Source of the DNA: Mytilus californianus
Taxonomy: Eukaryota
Direction of reading: 5' to 3'
Assembly: GCF_021869535.1 (NCBI RefSeq)
Contig: NW_026262745.1
Location: 19,468,001 to 19,532,000, forward strand
Length of the DNA stretch: 64,000 nt
Under the pieces are notes generated by a model that saw only the letters and a list, made by a program, of their open reading frames with translations, searched no databases and was not told the origin of the DNA. The translations under genes and the position numbers were made by a program. This document shows, piece after piece, positions 40,876 to 54,576 of this stretch; positions within the stretch are counted from its first letter, which is position 1, and each line of letters begins with the position of its first letter.

Positions 40876-43800
40876 GTGTTATTTTATAACAGCAAAAATA
40901 ATAACTTAACAAGTTATACGATCAGTCGTCATAACTAACTGGTGTCTCAGATTCTCTTTATGGTAATTTTTTTTAATTCGTAGCTCCTATGCGTCCACGG
41001 TAGCTAATTTGACATTATTATCGTTTTTATATTGCTGTCTTTGACGCGCGCTACTAAATATAACTATGGAACCGTCTGACAGGTGATCATTCATGCATAG
41101 CATGAGATTCAAATTTGAACGGAGTACTTTATCGGACTTCGTATTTTGGTCATGAAATTCCGATTGTCATCGGTCCAATACTTGTCGTCTGTTTATACAT
41201 AGACCTGGACCTGATATTTCTCTTCACATCAGTATGCTTACATTTCAAATCAAATGATAGGATTTTAATCCGCACAACGCTCTGGATTAACATTCATCGT
41301 AATAAAAAAATATAAAATATATTAAGTGCTTGAGAGCATACAAACATCGCCGACCGTGCGAGGGCTTTATAGCCAGTCAAGGTCGTTAAAAACCCTCATA
41401 AGTACAAACATCTAATTCGTTGCCAAAACTGCCAAATATTGATCTTTTCTTAGAGTGCAACAACTGCACTTTGTTTTAAAAATCCATCAATTAATAACCC
41501 ATATTTTAGGAGAATTTGGCATACAAGTGTGTGAGAAATGGGGTGTATTTCTTTCACCGATACAATCTTCCATGGGACCTTTTTCCTCTCGTTTAAAAAT
41601 AATTTATGTTTCTCTTGGAAAAACTTGGAATGGAAATCCTATTGGAAAAAACCTTGGCGACTAGGAAGCTGTGTTTTGAATAAACCCTCAGAAAACTTTA
41701 CTGATAGCTGTGTGGCCATTAGTACCCTGAATAGCATTGAATTAGTCAGATAGCATTGTTAATGACAAGAGTTACAAAGGGACCGGATACAGCACGTGTC
41801 TCCAAGAGCATTGAATGTCACTCGGTAATATGTTTCATAGTATATGCTGGTACATCGTCAGACATAACATACTAATGTTACTAAGAGACTATGGAACAAA
41901 TGTGATTTATATGTCACCAATTGTTCTGCATTACATTATAATTTATAAAAGATTTAGCAATTTAAAGTAACCAGCACATATTTCTGTTTAATAAAATTGA
42001 GAATGGAAGCCTTTCTGGTATATGTATTAAACAGAAAGAAAAAAACAACCACAGGATAAAGGAATGGGGTCAAGGAAGTTTGTTGTATTCTTTTGTGATA
42101 CAACAAAAAATAAATTACGTATCTATTGTCAGTGTTGTAATTACTTATCTTTTTCGAATGGAGTTCACACGATCCATGTGATCCGATCAATGGATGTCCG
42201 TTATCTCAAAAGCCTATTACACAATTGGTAGCAATAAAATAAGCTTACGTATTATTTAATTTCAACTTATTGTTTTTATGTTAAAGCTAAAAGTCATCAA
42301 AAGAGTCATGCACTTGTTTTTGTTAGGAACATTAAGACTCTGCTGCTACGACTAAGGGGGTATAGCAAAGAATGTTAATTACATAATGTATTCCTCTGCA
42401 TTAGTAAGACTTACATTGTGTATCTATTGTATTTTCTTATATTTCCCTATAATCACGTATATCGACCATAACTCAAGCTTTGATTGACAAATATTAAAAC
42501 AAAGACTTGAAATTCATGAAATACAGACGTTAAATAAGCCTTAAAGTCCTTTCAATTTTAGTCTTATTTAGTTTTAGATGTTTGTAATATTATCAAAAGA
42601 CATGAAATGTACATTATATGTGATTTATCTGTGTGCACGTGCAAGATAAAATAGTTAATATGAATAAAATATACATTTAAAATATATATTCTGTTTGGAA
42701 CAATTTATACATATGTATATAAATATAGGACTCGATCGATTTTTAAAAATATCACTTGTCTCACAGATCTTAATTAGTGGCGGGGATAGGATTTTTAACC
42801 AGCCCTATACATGTGTGCCTTCTCCGGTTAAATAAAGTCTTGTGGTTGGCGATTTCTGTCAATTTGTTTACCTTTTTCTTGTTGGAGAGGGTAGTCTTGT
42901 TTTAAAGAAGATGTTGTGAGGCAGTGTCAATTTCCACTTAATTTTTCGCTCGCAAGTTTAAAATCTGAAGGTTGTTAATATTCGAATAACCCAGAGTCTA
43001 CATAATAAACTTTAATATTTCTCAACCATTTTACATTCAATAAAATGAATTACTTTTCAGAGTTACATATTCCTGTAAACTGCAATATATTGAAACAGTT
43101 TGCAAATTGTACATGTTTTTGTAAAAGATTACATCGATTTAGAAGAACATCGTTTACTGAAATGAAGTCATTTTTATCTGAAATATAATCGATTGCTTTA
43201 CTCTCGATTTGTGGTGGTAACAATGTCCTTCTTGTCCATAGTTAAAATTTAAAATCATATTTATAACAATATTTCGGCATTGATAACTTTGCCATGTCTA
43301 AGGCTATATGTAAATTATGTTAAAACCTTAAAAGGACGCATAAAGCTATGACATTGTAATTTTTTAAAAGATTGAAAGACTTTAAGAAATTGGCCCTAGT
43401 GTGACATAAATTCAGTCCTCCTTGTTTTAGAGAATTATAAACAGCTAGAGATTCTTACTGATTTGGATGATGGATTGTGACTGCAAGCCTCGTTTTTATT
43501 TTGTTTCCGAAAATTTTATATTATGGAACATTATATATACACATGAAGCATTTTACAATAACTATTGAATAAGGCGTGTTGTTAACTCTAAATTCATGTT
43601 AACTTATATTGTAAAATGAGTAACTAATTTTAGGCGAAATGTTTACTGTAATGCATAACTACAATGTAAGTGTGCCATTCTTCAGAAATGGAATTGTCTC
43701 GCATGAATGTAGTTATAATTTTCTATTTAATTTAGAATTGAGGGGTATATGGAAGAGCTGTATTTAAACAATGATAAACAATGTACTAAAAGTGTATACT

Positions 43801-44409
43801 TGTAAGATTTGTGTTTCATTTGTTTTGTATTCCTGTAAAAGTATTTCTTTAATCTTATTAAATTGTTGACAGAAGAGATCGTTTGACATTTTGGTCAAGA
43901 AAATGTACTATTATATTTGTATAAATGCCATAAATGATAAATGTAGAAAATGCTGACAACTTTATATCGTTACATATTTTTGAAGCATTTTTGCAGACGC
44001 AATAAAACGTATACATGTACGCAAATCCTCTTATTAAAACTGCATAATGAAAAATTGATTTTTAATGAAAATTAAGTTAGCTTTATACCTACATGGACAA
44101 AAAAAAGTGTGTCAGAAATGTCACAACAGAATCCAGATAAATGGGAAAATTGAATTACAAAAATATAAATAAAAGATCAGATAAACATAGGATTGAGTGT
44201 ATTATACGTCGGTCATTATGTCTGATAAAGCTGTCACCTGGCTACCATAAAATGTTACTCAATACTTCAACATACAGTCAAATAGGTCATTCGTCAATTG
44301 AGAAATTAGTAAAGAAATTTTGTCATAATTTAATTAAAAATGGTGAAAAATAAGTAATTTATTAAAGTGATAGGTCGTCATATTTATTCATATCAGATAT
44401 TTTAAATAG

Positions 44410-44985
44410 AAAAGCTATTCTTAATTTTCAATGACGTGTGTTGCGAATTGTTCGTGACAACATAATGTTCTCCACGGTAAAATGTTATGTTATGTATTCT
44501 AATATATTTGAAAGTTAATTGAAATAATTTACTACTGTAATATTTCAGAAATGTCTTCAGTTTCACATTTTGATTCAAGTAAGATAATATTCATAAGAAG
44601 AAAGTGTCAAATCCTATTTTTTTTGTTTTTGTATCTAAATGGAAAAGGCTATGCCAATTTCATTTCTTAATTTTTAAAAGTTATATTATTTAGAGGAAAG
44701 AAATGGAAATAATTTATTTACGAACAGGTGTCAAAAACGATTCCTGCAATAGGGATGTATCTTTTTTTTTCATAAAGGACATAGCAATTTCCATAATTAC
44801 TTATTCTCTGACAATCCATGGGGTTTTTCATTTGTTGTTTTGGTTTTGTCTTTTTCTTCGTGTGTTTTAAAAAGAAAATAAGCTATAGTTTTCAATGACG
44901 TGTGTTTCGAATTGTTCGTGACAACATAGTTTTCATTTTAAAAATAAAACTTTTAACAATTCGAAATTAAGAATAGCTTAAAAAG
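44410..44985. mobile_element. Probable MITE with AAGCTATTCTTAATT terminal inverted repeats
   Basis: TIR-like ends plus a ~60-bp internal direct repeat (44410-44470 and 44875-44930). Confidence 0.5.
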
Positions 44986-46364
44986 AATTGTACTTATTTA
45001 TTTATTCGATTTTGTTTCATAATATTCCTTTGTTCGCAATGACAAAATTGATGGCATAGTTACTCGATCTAATCATTCCTAGGCACGAGAAAACAGTTAT
45101 TTCGTAGTGCAGTTCTTTAAGACAATAAACGCAAAATAAAACAAATCGCACCTGCTATCTTATTAAGATTTTTACAGTGAAGTGTACTACTTTTGGGACA
45201 AATTATCAAAATTATAGAAAGGTCTACCAAAAAATATGTACAATGTTAAGGGGATTTATATTCGGTTTAACAGCTTCAGACATACTATTTTTTGACTTTT
45301 TTTCAACTGGAACAATTCACTACTTTACCTTAATATCTATGACCCCAATTTTCTTTTTTACATGTAATTTCATCCCTTTACTTACTAGTTTATGAATGAA
45401 ATATAAACAAAAAATAATTCGGACGGTGTATGAAAAAAGTCTCAAGTTATACGCTGTCCACACTATATTTCGAAATACCAGAGAACGATAACTGTGTCTC
45501 CGGACCACTGTAGATCGGTGAACATGAATATTTTTTTTAACTCTGCTCCTCGACATAGACGCAGTCATGGTCAACATCATTATATGATGTCTCTTTATTA
45601 ATGACCTCCTGTCATTTATACAGAAGCCGTCAGGTATTCATCACATTAAAACGAAGCTTTATGCATTACCCTTTCAAAGCTGCATTATCTGTACATCTGC
45701 ACAACTTATATACTAGTAGATATATACTAGAGTATTTGGAAACCACTGTTGCAAATACTCATTCAAACTAATACAAACTCACAGTTATCATTTTGAATAG
45801 TATTAGTCACATACTTTTCAGACCGGTTCGCATTGAAAAAGATGAAACGGTTGAAAGATTCATATTAAAGTTCTATTTGGCAACAAAGGTCTCGATGCCA
45901 TTAACTATATATAGGGCAATGTCCATCATCATAAATCATTTCAGTTGAAAATACCTCCCTACTTTAAAGATCAGTCTGTATCTATCATCTCTTAAACCCA
46001 TACCAAACCAATTGCGACAAAACTTTTCAATTCCAATTACGTGTTGCCAGATCTCAATATTGACGACTTCAATATTCAACTTCCTGATTACACCTGTGTT
46101 AGTTCTGCATCATATATAATCCGGTTGGCTACTGTAAGGGACGACCATTTGATTTTCTAGGGGAGGAGGATTTTAAAAAAGATTAACTTGGCCTGGTAAG
46201 AACTTAAAGTAAATGACTTTGCACACGGCAGGATATGAAATGAATATTCCGCTACTTAAAATGCAGGATAGTTGAGGATACAAATGTGTACAAAAGTGAA
46301 ATAAGGCTTTCGAGCGGCGGACCCGCAGAAAAAAATAAGCACGCGTAGCAACAGATGAAAATCC

Positions 46365-47965
46365 GCCTGATGAATTCAGTCGAGGACGATGGCAGGCAAT
46401 GGGTTAAACCCGACAAAAAAAGACTTAGACACGCTATCCAAATGAGCTACGTCAGTGAGGTCCTTGATACAAATCAGAATTAAAAAAACTTAACAAGTCA
46501 AAGAATACACATGCTACATCGATCTTTAAAGACTCAGATGTTGCTAAGCACCTGACCTAATTTTATGACAAATGTGTTGATATCTCCACAGTTTAAAGCC
46601 CCAAACAACATCGTTTTTATGTGTAAATTACCTTACATAAACTGCTTAATAAATGAATTAGGTATTGACAATTCTCCTGGAAACTCAACATATACACTCA
46701 CGACACATACCAAAGAGAAAATCCTGTACAATCATAGATCTGTTCTAGGTTCCTTTCAACTGGATATTCCTTCACTTTGTTTGATACTAGTACCTAAATT
46801 ACAATCGTATAAAAACATTTTTTTCTTTTCTACCCTTTACATAAGTATTACCCCTTCCAAGCTTAAAGACAAATTGAAAGAGTTGATCCTACTTGATTTC
46901 ATAGAAATTTATGAAGAACATAAATACAAATGTCTTGTTTTAGGGAGGGATAAGTCAAACTTTGAAAAAAAAAAAACACTCTGATTAAAAAAAAACTCTG
47001 TAACTGACATTATCAAGATGTTTGTTTCTTAATTGACAATATATTTGTAACGCGGTAAGGAGGACGTGTTTTTTAACAACTTATCGGCATTTCCATGGAA
47101 ACCAACTGCGCTCCTCGTCTTGTCGAATTATTCCTTCATTTACTTAGATAATTCGACAGACTTTATACAGGAGCTTCTTAGGATGAATGAAAAGAATCTA
47201 GCATCATTATTCAACTTCACGTTCCGCTATATAGATGATGTCATCTCACTAAATAATTCAAAGTTTGGTGACTATGTTGAACTCATCTATCCCATCGACC
47301 TTGAATTAAAGGATACAATATACACATTTAAGAATGCCACATAGCTTGACTTACACCTACAAAAGAGATGAGTTAGGTACAAAACTTTACAACTAAAGAG
47401 ATGATCTCGACTTTCTATTTCTAAGTAGTAACATTCCAGCTGCACCTGCATAACGAGTATATACCTGCAAGTTGATACGATATTCCAGAGCTTGCATACC
47501 CTATCATGATTTCCTTGATAGAGAGTTGCTTTGTACAAGGAAGCTATTAAACCAAGGGTCCCAAGTAGTGATGTTGATGGCATCCTTTCGAAAATTTTAC
47601 GAACGCCATTACAATTTGGTTGTCCGTAAAGAAATAAAGCGGGATATGTCCGAATTGCCGTAACCATAATTCCGTCCTCTTTTCCTCGTATTTATGTGAC
47701 ATCACCGAACTGGACTTAACAACGAGTTAGTAATCAAATGAGCCACACGACTGGTGCCACAATGTGGATCAGGATCAGCTTACCCTTCCGAAACAACTGA
47801 GATCACTCCCGGTTTTTGATTGTGTTCGTGTTGCTCAGTCTTTAGTTGTTTTTTTTTATGTTGTGTTTTGTATACTGTCGTTCGTCTTTTGGCCATTTTT
47901 CTTTTCTAGCCATGACGTTAATTTGTCAGTTTCTCATTGACCTTTGAGTTTGAATATCCCGTTGG
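46365..47965 (+). pseudogene. Decayed Penelope-like retroelement RT fragment with 3' UTR
   Basis: Fragmented frames: PNNIVFMCKLPYINCLINELG, FTFRYIDDVISLNNSKF (YIDD catalytic motif), IRYSRAC..DF..R..KLLNQG..FRKFY. Many stops and frameshifts; 3' part homologous to 244-666. Confidence 0.85.
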
Positions 47966-48011
47966 TATTCTCTACCTCTCTTTTATTTATTATTAAAGAC
48001 TATTTTGATGT

Positions 48012-48155
48012 AGTGTTTAGGGGCCAGCTGAAGGACGCCTCCGGGTGCGGGAGTTTCTAGCTGTATTGAAGACCCATTGGTGGCCTTCGGCTGTTGTCTG
48101 CTCTATGGTTGGGTTGTTGTCTCTTTGACACATTCCCCATTTCCATTCTCAATTT
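48012..48155 (+). mobile_element. Short 3'-end copy of a second retroelement family
   Basis: Ends CCCCATTTCCATTCTCAATTTTA. Reverse complement of 54577-54720; another copy at ~11150-11229. Confidence 0.7.
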
Positions 48156-50450
48156 TATTGCATATTTTAGATTCTTTTGTGCAAATCTGCATTTATAGAA
48201 GACCATAGGTAAAATTGATAAGCTTATGAAAATTGATAACTTTACTGCCTAGTGAATCTTTGGTATTGGTTTGGCCATGTTCTTCTTACTAATTTTTGAT
48301 AAATACTGAAAATGTGTAAAGTAAACTCTATCATTAATCCCTCCAGAGGAATTTACATTTCGTTAATTGTTAAAAAGAAAGCATAGTTACAGACATAGTT
48401 ATATAATTACCCCAAACCAAACGTATAAAGATTAAAAGACTGTTTTTTATATAAATGATGACCATAGTGTGAAATAAATTCAGGGGAATTCGTCCCAAGT
48501 GTTGTTTTATCATCAAAATCAGTCAGATAGAAACATTTATACATATGTATATTTATATATATAAAAACAAGCTAATTTTAAGTGAACATTTTATTTCATT
48601 CTTGAACAAGAAAATCAACAATACCCAATCAACAATAGAAAATTAAAACAAATAGTACTGTGCATCATATATCCTGTAGCAATGAAAGATTTTTTCTTCA
48701 GAAAAAAAAGGTATAATATTCAAATTAATATCAGCTTAATCTTTACTGGGAGAGACCTTATCATATATGCAATAATTGAATATATTATATCGATATCTCA
48801 TAACTGTTGTCAACAGTTAAATAATTCAGACGTTGTCAATGTTTTAACATGAAAAAAGGAAATCATAAATAAAATAAACATATCTTATTTGTTGAATACA
48901 ATAAATAAAAATAACAACAGTAAATATTTACAGAAATTGTTATGCAAAAACTCCTAAAACTATGGTTGCAACTTCCCGGGAATCGTTTGATACTATGTAT
49001 AATTTATTTGGATTCAAGACTTCTTGTCATGACCGTACCTCAAAAATATTTTGTTTGTACTAAAATTCGTATCATTCGTTTATTTTGCAGCAGGTTGAAT
49101 GGACAGAGGGACGTGAAATGAAAACAGAATCAAAATGATCATCAAAATGACAAATTATGATCATTATAAAACCCCGTTTAGATGTGATATCAAAGTCATG
49201 TGAAACTTCAAACCTAAGTACAAAAGTTGAACATGTTTCATATACTTGAATGGCTAAGTTTTACTATAAAACAAGTGTACGTGAACTTTCTTGTAAAAAA
49301 AAATCTTTTCTATTATCAAAATCTTCATAAATGTACAGCTAATGTATTATTGTCTTCCCGTACACTAATTCGCCGATATTTTTCCGTATGCAGTGACCTT
49401 AATTTCGAGACTTCTCGTTAGAACTTCGGCCACCGCACAGCACAAGTTCGAGAGGAAAACCGTGATGAAAGCATGTAAACAAACGTGCAATTTAAGGTAA
49501 ATATTAATAACTGATTCTTAAAAAACAAATCAAGTACAACAAATCATTTAACAACTGTTAAGGAAAAGTTGAATTAACAAATAGGAATTATCTCAACTTC
49601 ATCATGAAAAAAAAACTTGCATACCTCTCTTGTTTTCTTTTCGTGTAAACGTGTGTCCAAGCGTGGCATCAATTATCACTGAGGTACCATTAACAAACTT
49701 AGAATGATACACCCAATGTCGTTCAATTATAACGTCTACAACGACTATTCGCTTACAAAGCCTGAGTCTAAATAATTAGAACCAGTGGCTCGAAATTTAC
49801 TTTCAGACCTGCATGCAGAAAGGGGTTATATATTTTCTGTAAATGTGGTTTATTTTTCATTAGGTCCAAGGGATGTTTGCAGTTGAGAGATGATAGATAA
49901 AATTGATAACAATTTTGTAACCATATTGATAACCCCCGTTTTATTTTGTGTGGCCCGGGAAATAGAAGATCTTGTACATGGTTGGTTGGTTTCTGCCAAG
50001 TTATGACAGAGTAGTTGTAATTGATTAACCAAAAAAAGACGACAAATTCGAGTATCGCTATGTTTACTCGGTTGCGTGAACATACGTGAACACTTTTAAA
50101 TATACATATATAAGGGTTTTATGGATATACATGTTGCATGCATTTCCAAAATGTTGTGTGTTAGCATGGCTGCCTTTGGATCCTGCTATATAAAATAATA
50201 CCCAAACCATACCAGTATCCGTCCTTATTTTGTAATTAACAACCAACTTAAAATTATCGAACGTTTAAACTTTACATATCAAACTTCATGTCGCACTCAA
50301 AACATTGCCTTAGAACATACTTTAACGTCTTCAATGAAAACACCAAATTTATTCGACAATTCGTTCTATATCTTATTTGATGTAAAATAATAAATGAAAA
50401 ATGCAAACTGAACTGGTCCGTTCAATTATATACTTTAGGTTAATTTAGAA

Positions 50451-52028
50451 TTAGTAGTAAGCATGTTTTAAGTTATTTGAGCGTGGAACCACGTTAACTC
50501 TTCTGGGCCTTGGTGTTTTTCGGGGAGTTTTCACAGAATCAAATCGTTCGGCATCATCTACATGACCCGATTTCTTACATTTTAAACAACAAATAATTAT
50601 AGTAAGCAACAACAAAAGAAATCCACCACCACCACCTGCCGCATAATACATCAGCATATTTGGCGCTTCCGGTGATTCTGGTTCCCTGGTTGGTAAAGGA
50701 ACAGTCGACATTGTTAAAATCTTAGACGATGCTGTTGACATAGTTGTCGTTATCGTCGGCGTTGTTGTCGGCGTTGTCGTCGGCGTCGTTGTCGGCGTCG
50801 TTGTCGGTGTTGTCGTTGTAATTGTTGTTGGTATCGGCGTGGTTGTTGTTGTCGTCGTCGTCGTCGTCGTCGTTGTAGTTGATAAAATAACATTTATATC
50901 AACAGCTCTTTGATCTTCGCCGAACTTCGAAGATACTGACAGGGTCCAGTTACCACGATCGGCTGACGATGTGCTCGCCATATACAAACTACCGTTGACG
51001 TAAACATTATGGCCATTTTGTTGTAAAGGAGAAGACACGAAAGAGGTTCCAGTCGGATTTATCCACGTGACAGTGGTTGAATCGCCTTTTATCGTGCAGT
51101 TTATAAATACAGCAGAACCTTCGTTCACTGTTACTTTTGTTTTGTCACAATATAAAATCTTCGGAAGTATCGGTTCTAGTTTTGGATCAGGGACATTGAT
51201 TAATGAAATGTACTGCAGATTTGCAGGTGAATCGCAAATAATGTTCCCTATACTAAACACGGAACTGAATGATACTGACATGTTTTTCATCCATTTAATT
51301 TCCCAGTTACATTTCCAAGGGTTATTTCCCAGATTTATGCTCCCTTTCTTTGTTTCTATTTGTGTAAATAGTGTCGACATATTAGACGGAATTGTTGTTA
51401 GTTGATTTCCGGAAAGATCGATATGCTTCAAATTTGTCAGCGACGACAGAACAGTCCAGTCCAGTGTTTTTAATTTATTGCCATGAAGATCAAGGGTGGC
51501 AAGACTATGCAGCGATTTAAGCAAATTTAAATCAAGCGTATCTAAGTCCATTTCGCCTAAACGTAGCTCTAATAAAGTTGGCAATCCGTTAAATGCATTT
51601 GGTTTAATGTCACAGTGTTTGTTACCGGTCAGATCGAGTGTTGTTAACTTTGTCAATCCTTGAAACGACTGTTGTGTTAATATCTTAATTTTGTTGAATT
51701 CTAAATTTAATGTTTTTAATTCGGGTAATGCTCTAAATGCTCCAGCGTCCATTGCATCAATCCCGCAATACCTTAATATTAAATGCGACATTCTGGAAGA
51801 TAAAAACGTAGATGGACTAAGATGCCCAAATGAATTCGGACTAGATGCACTGCCTGAAATTGCCAAAGCTGTGATTGCTGTCGGAAGATTGTTTGGAACT
51901 CCGCTAATTTGGGTAAATGCACAAATCGTTACCTTTGCCGAACATTTACATCCTTGAAGGCACTGCTGACTTTGAACGGATGAAACTAGCTGAACAAATA
52001 ATATCGCTTTTATACATTGTAGATACAT
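50451..52028 (-). CDS. LRR-Ig type I transmembrane protein B, 525 aa (single coding exon)
   Basis: Ectodomain ~94.5% identical to protein A (21 differences in 383 aa). Thr/Pro stalk, TM segment YYAAGGGGGFLLLLLTIIICCL, ~43-aa basic tail (KCKK..TPRKTPRPRR..AYY). Confidence 0.92.
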   Translation of the reverse strand: MYLQCIKAILFVQLVSSVQSQQCLQGCKCSAKVTICAFTQISGVPNNLPTAITALAISGSASSPNSFGHLSPSTFLSSRMSHLILRYCGIDAMDAGAFRALPELKTLNLEFNKIKILTQQSFQGLTKLTTLDLTGNKHCDIKPNAFNGLPTLLELRLGEMDLDTLDLNLLKSLHSLATLDLHGNKLKTLDWTVLSSLTNLKHIDLSGNQLTTIPSNMSTLFTQIETKKGSINLGNNPWKCNWEIKWMKNMSVSFSSVFSIGNIICDSPANLQYISLINVPDPKLEPILPKILYCDKTKVTVNEGSAVFINCTIKGDSTTVTWINPTGTSFVSSPLQQNGHNVYVNGSLYMASTSSADRGNWTLSVSSKFGEDQRAVDINVILSTTTTTTTTTTTTTTPIPTTITTTTPTTTPTTTPTTTPTTTPTITTTMSTASSKILTMSTVPLPTREPESPEAPNMLMYYAAGGGGGFLLLLLTIIICCLKCKKSGHVDDAERFDSVKTPRKTPRPRRVNVVPRSNNLKHAYY

Positions 52029-53984
52029 GGTTATTAATAAAAAATAATTTGAATTGATAGTATATCAATTATAATTAATCCTCTGCTTAATAACGAAAAT
52101 AAGAAGTGTCTTTCTCCTTTTGCACTTCCTTCAAGTATACTATACGAGCAATTCGAATTTATATTTATTTCTCTTGAATACAGGAGAGCCGAATCAATTA
52201 TAAATATGATAGATAAGATTGAAAGTTTTTATATATTACTTATTTATGTGAATGATTTAAGGCCATACATACATACATATTGGTTTTTCTTTCTTTTATC
52301 GCGTATTTGTTTTGATTTGTAGGTTTATTTGTCAATATTCGCACATTATTCGTGGATGTTACTCTCAGCATTTGTTTAAAGAGATAATGTTATCATTTTT
52401 ACGAGCGTTTAAAGCATTTTATTGGACTGTACGTGATAGCGTATGGGTTCCTGGTTCAAAAATATAAGAATATTATGAAGTTGATTTACATGTGAACCTT
52501 TTCTTATTAAATAGATGTAATCGTGGGAAGATGTGCATTTAGCGATTAACAATTTTAAACTTTTATATATTTTTTCGTATTATAATAATTGATTACTAGT
52601 ATCGCTATTTAAAATTGCTAATTGGATGAAACTTGCTTCTAGTATTTATCTTTGGGGGCAAGTGGAATAGAATGGTGTTTTTATCAGAATTGTGCGTTGA
52701 ATGCCATTCTCTAAGCATTGGACCAACATACATATATATATATTTATTCTTGTTGAAATTATTAAACGTAGAAATTTTGGAATATATTTTTTCCGCAACA
52801 AATGGTTTAAACCTTCTTTTTTCTAAGACTGAATCGGTAAACTCAGTGGGCTGTTCATCGACGCTGTCCTAAGACATATCAGAGGAATAAATTAGGATAA
52901 TGTTAGGACCGTCCTAGTACTCTGACAGGCACCCGGTTACTGAGATGTAGTTTTCAAGCAGCACAGAAAAATTTCTTCTGGCCGTAGTTCTGAATAAATG
53001 ATAGAACATCAAGATGAAGAGTGAAAAAGAATATGATTAGTATATTACAAAAATGATATTGTATGTTTCGCCACAAACAACGGAATAAAAGATTAACTAC
53101 ATATTTTTTTTTACCCTAACGAGTGATAACTAATATAGCAATAAAGACCGATGTGTCTAATTTGTGTGCTGATCTTAATTTCTACTTTTGAACTACACAA
53201 CAGTTGTGTTTGTCCGATAGTTCCAGGAACATGTCTTGGGACCAAGTTATTTCTTTAAAAAAGCTTATACGTCAAATAATGCAAAAGGATTATTTGACTA
53301 TGGAAACATAATGCATCTATATGAGTACAAATAATAATAAACAACAAACCCGAGAATATTATTGGCCTTTGCAAGTGCGACTTGCTACCCAAAGTGAACC
53401 AATTATCTTGTAAATGCGGGGATTATTTAATGAATAAATGAAAAATTTGACGTTTTAGGATGGTATTCAAACATTTATATACATACCTAGGTTACCCGTT
53501 TATCAAAAGCCCGATTTGAATCTATCATCTAAATTAAGCTTTAAGACCATTTAATACAATTCAACTCTTTCTGTGTGCTTTGTAAATTACTTTCAATTCC
53601 AATTGAATGTTTTGTCGTAAATTATTTCTTTCGATTGATAAACAATGGATAGATGTAAAGGTCGACTGGTAAATTAGAGTAAATAACAGGGTGAAGTCTA
53701 TAGCTGGTTAGTATTTGACAGTTGTGAAAATGTATGTTTAAAGTCCTACAATATAAAAAAAAGGTTTTAAATTACATCAAATATTTTGAGTCCAAAAAAT
53801 AGACCAAGCGATCATATCGTTAAAATAGCTTACCTTGTTGCTTTGATATCATGTTAAGAGTGTGGAGTAAAAAGGGCTGAAACCATTTTATACACAGAAG
53901 ACCACATATATCTTAGATAGTGAAACAAAATTCACTTTGAAAAAATCAAGAATTTACATCTTAAGCAAATTCAAGTTTTACATA

Positions 53985-54190
53985 CTGTAAATTCAGAAAT
54001 TATTGCGTTCATTTATTATTGCGATTTTGTTATTTGAGACTAAAATGCGATTTTAATTTTTGCGATATTGAGAAAAATTCTGTTTAATTCATATAAAAAA
54101 TTTCAAAATGCGAGTTTAAATTATTGCGATTATAACCCTGTCGCATTTTTCGCAATAATAAAAACATTGTAATAATTTCTGAATTTACAG
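53985..54190. mobile_element. TA-flanked MITE (same family as 13810-14015)
   Basis: TA|CTGTAAATTCAGAAATTATT...AATAATTTCTGAATTTACAG|TA. Confidence 0.85.
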
Positions 54191-54576
54191 TAGAACATAA
54201 CTCTATGTGATTGCTACTTAAGAAAGTACAGTAGAACATAACTCTATGCGATTGCCACTTAAGAAAGTGAAACAATATTCACTATACAGAATCTACATCT
54301 AAAGCAAGCAATTTTACATAGAACATACCTATTTGTGACTGTACACTTGTTGCCTGGATTGAAGGAATGCTTGCTAGTAATTAGTTTAAAAAAAAACACA
54401 CAATAAAAATAGTGCATTATACCTTAGTCCAAAAAATATCAGTATCATTTAAGCGTGTTTTTGTAATCTGTTTATGTTTTTTATCTGTGACTTTTGAATT
54501 ACTTGATGTTTATAAGGAAAGAAAAAAAAATACATAAATAAGAGATTGAGTTTCAAACATTTACCAAACCAATACT

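Noticed and set aside
34185-52028. LRR-Ig pair as an uncollapsed-haplotype assembly artefact
   Set aside because: Copies are inverted, flanks and C-termini are unrelated, and homology is confined to ~1.25 kb. Read-level confirmation is still advisable.
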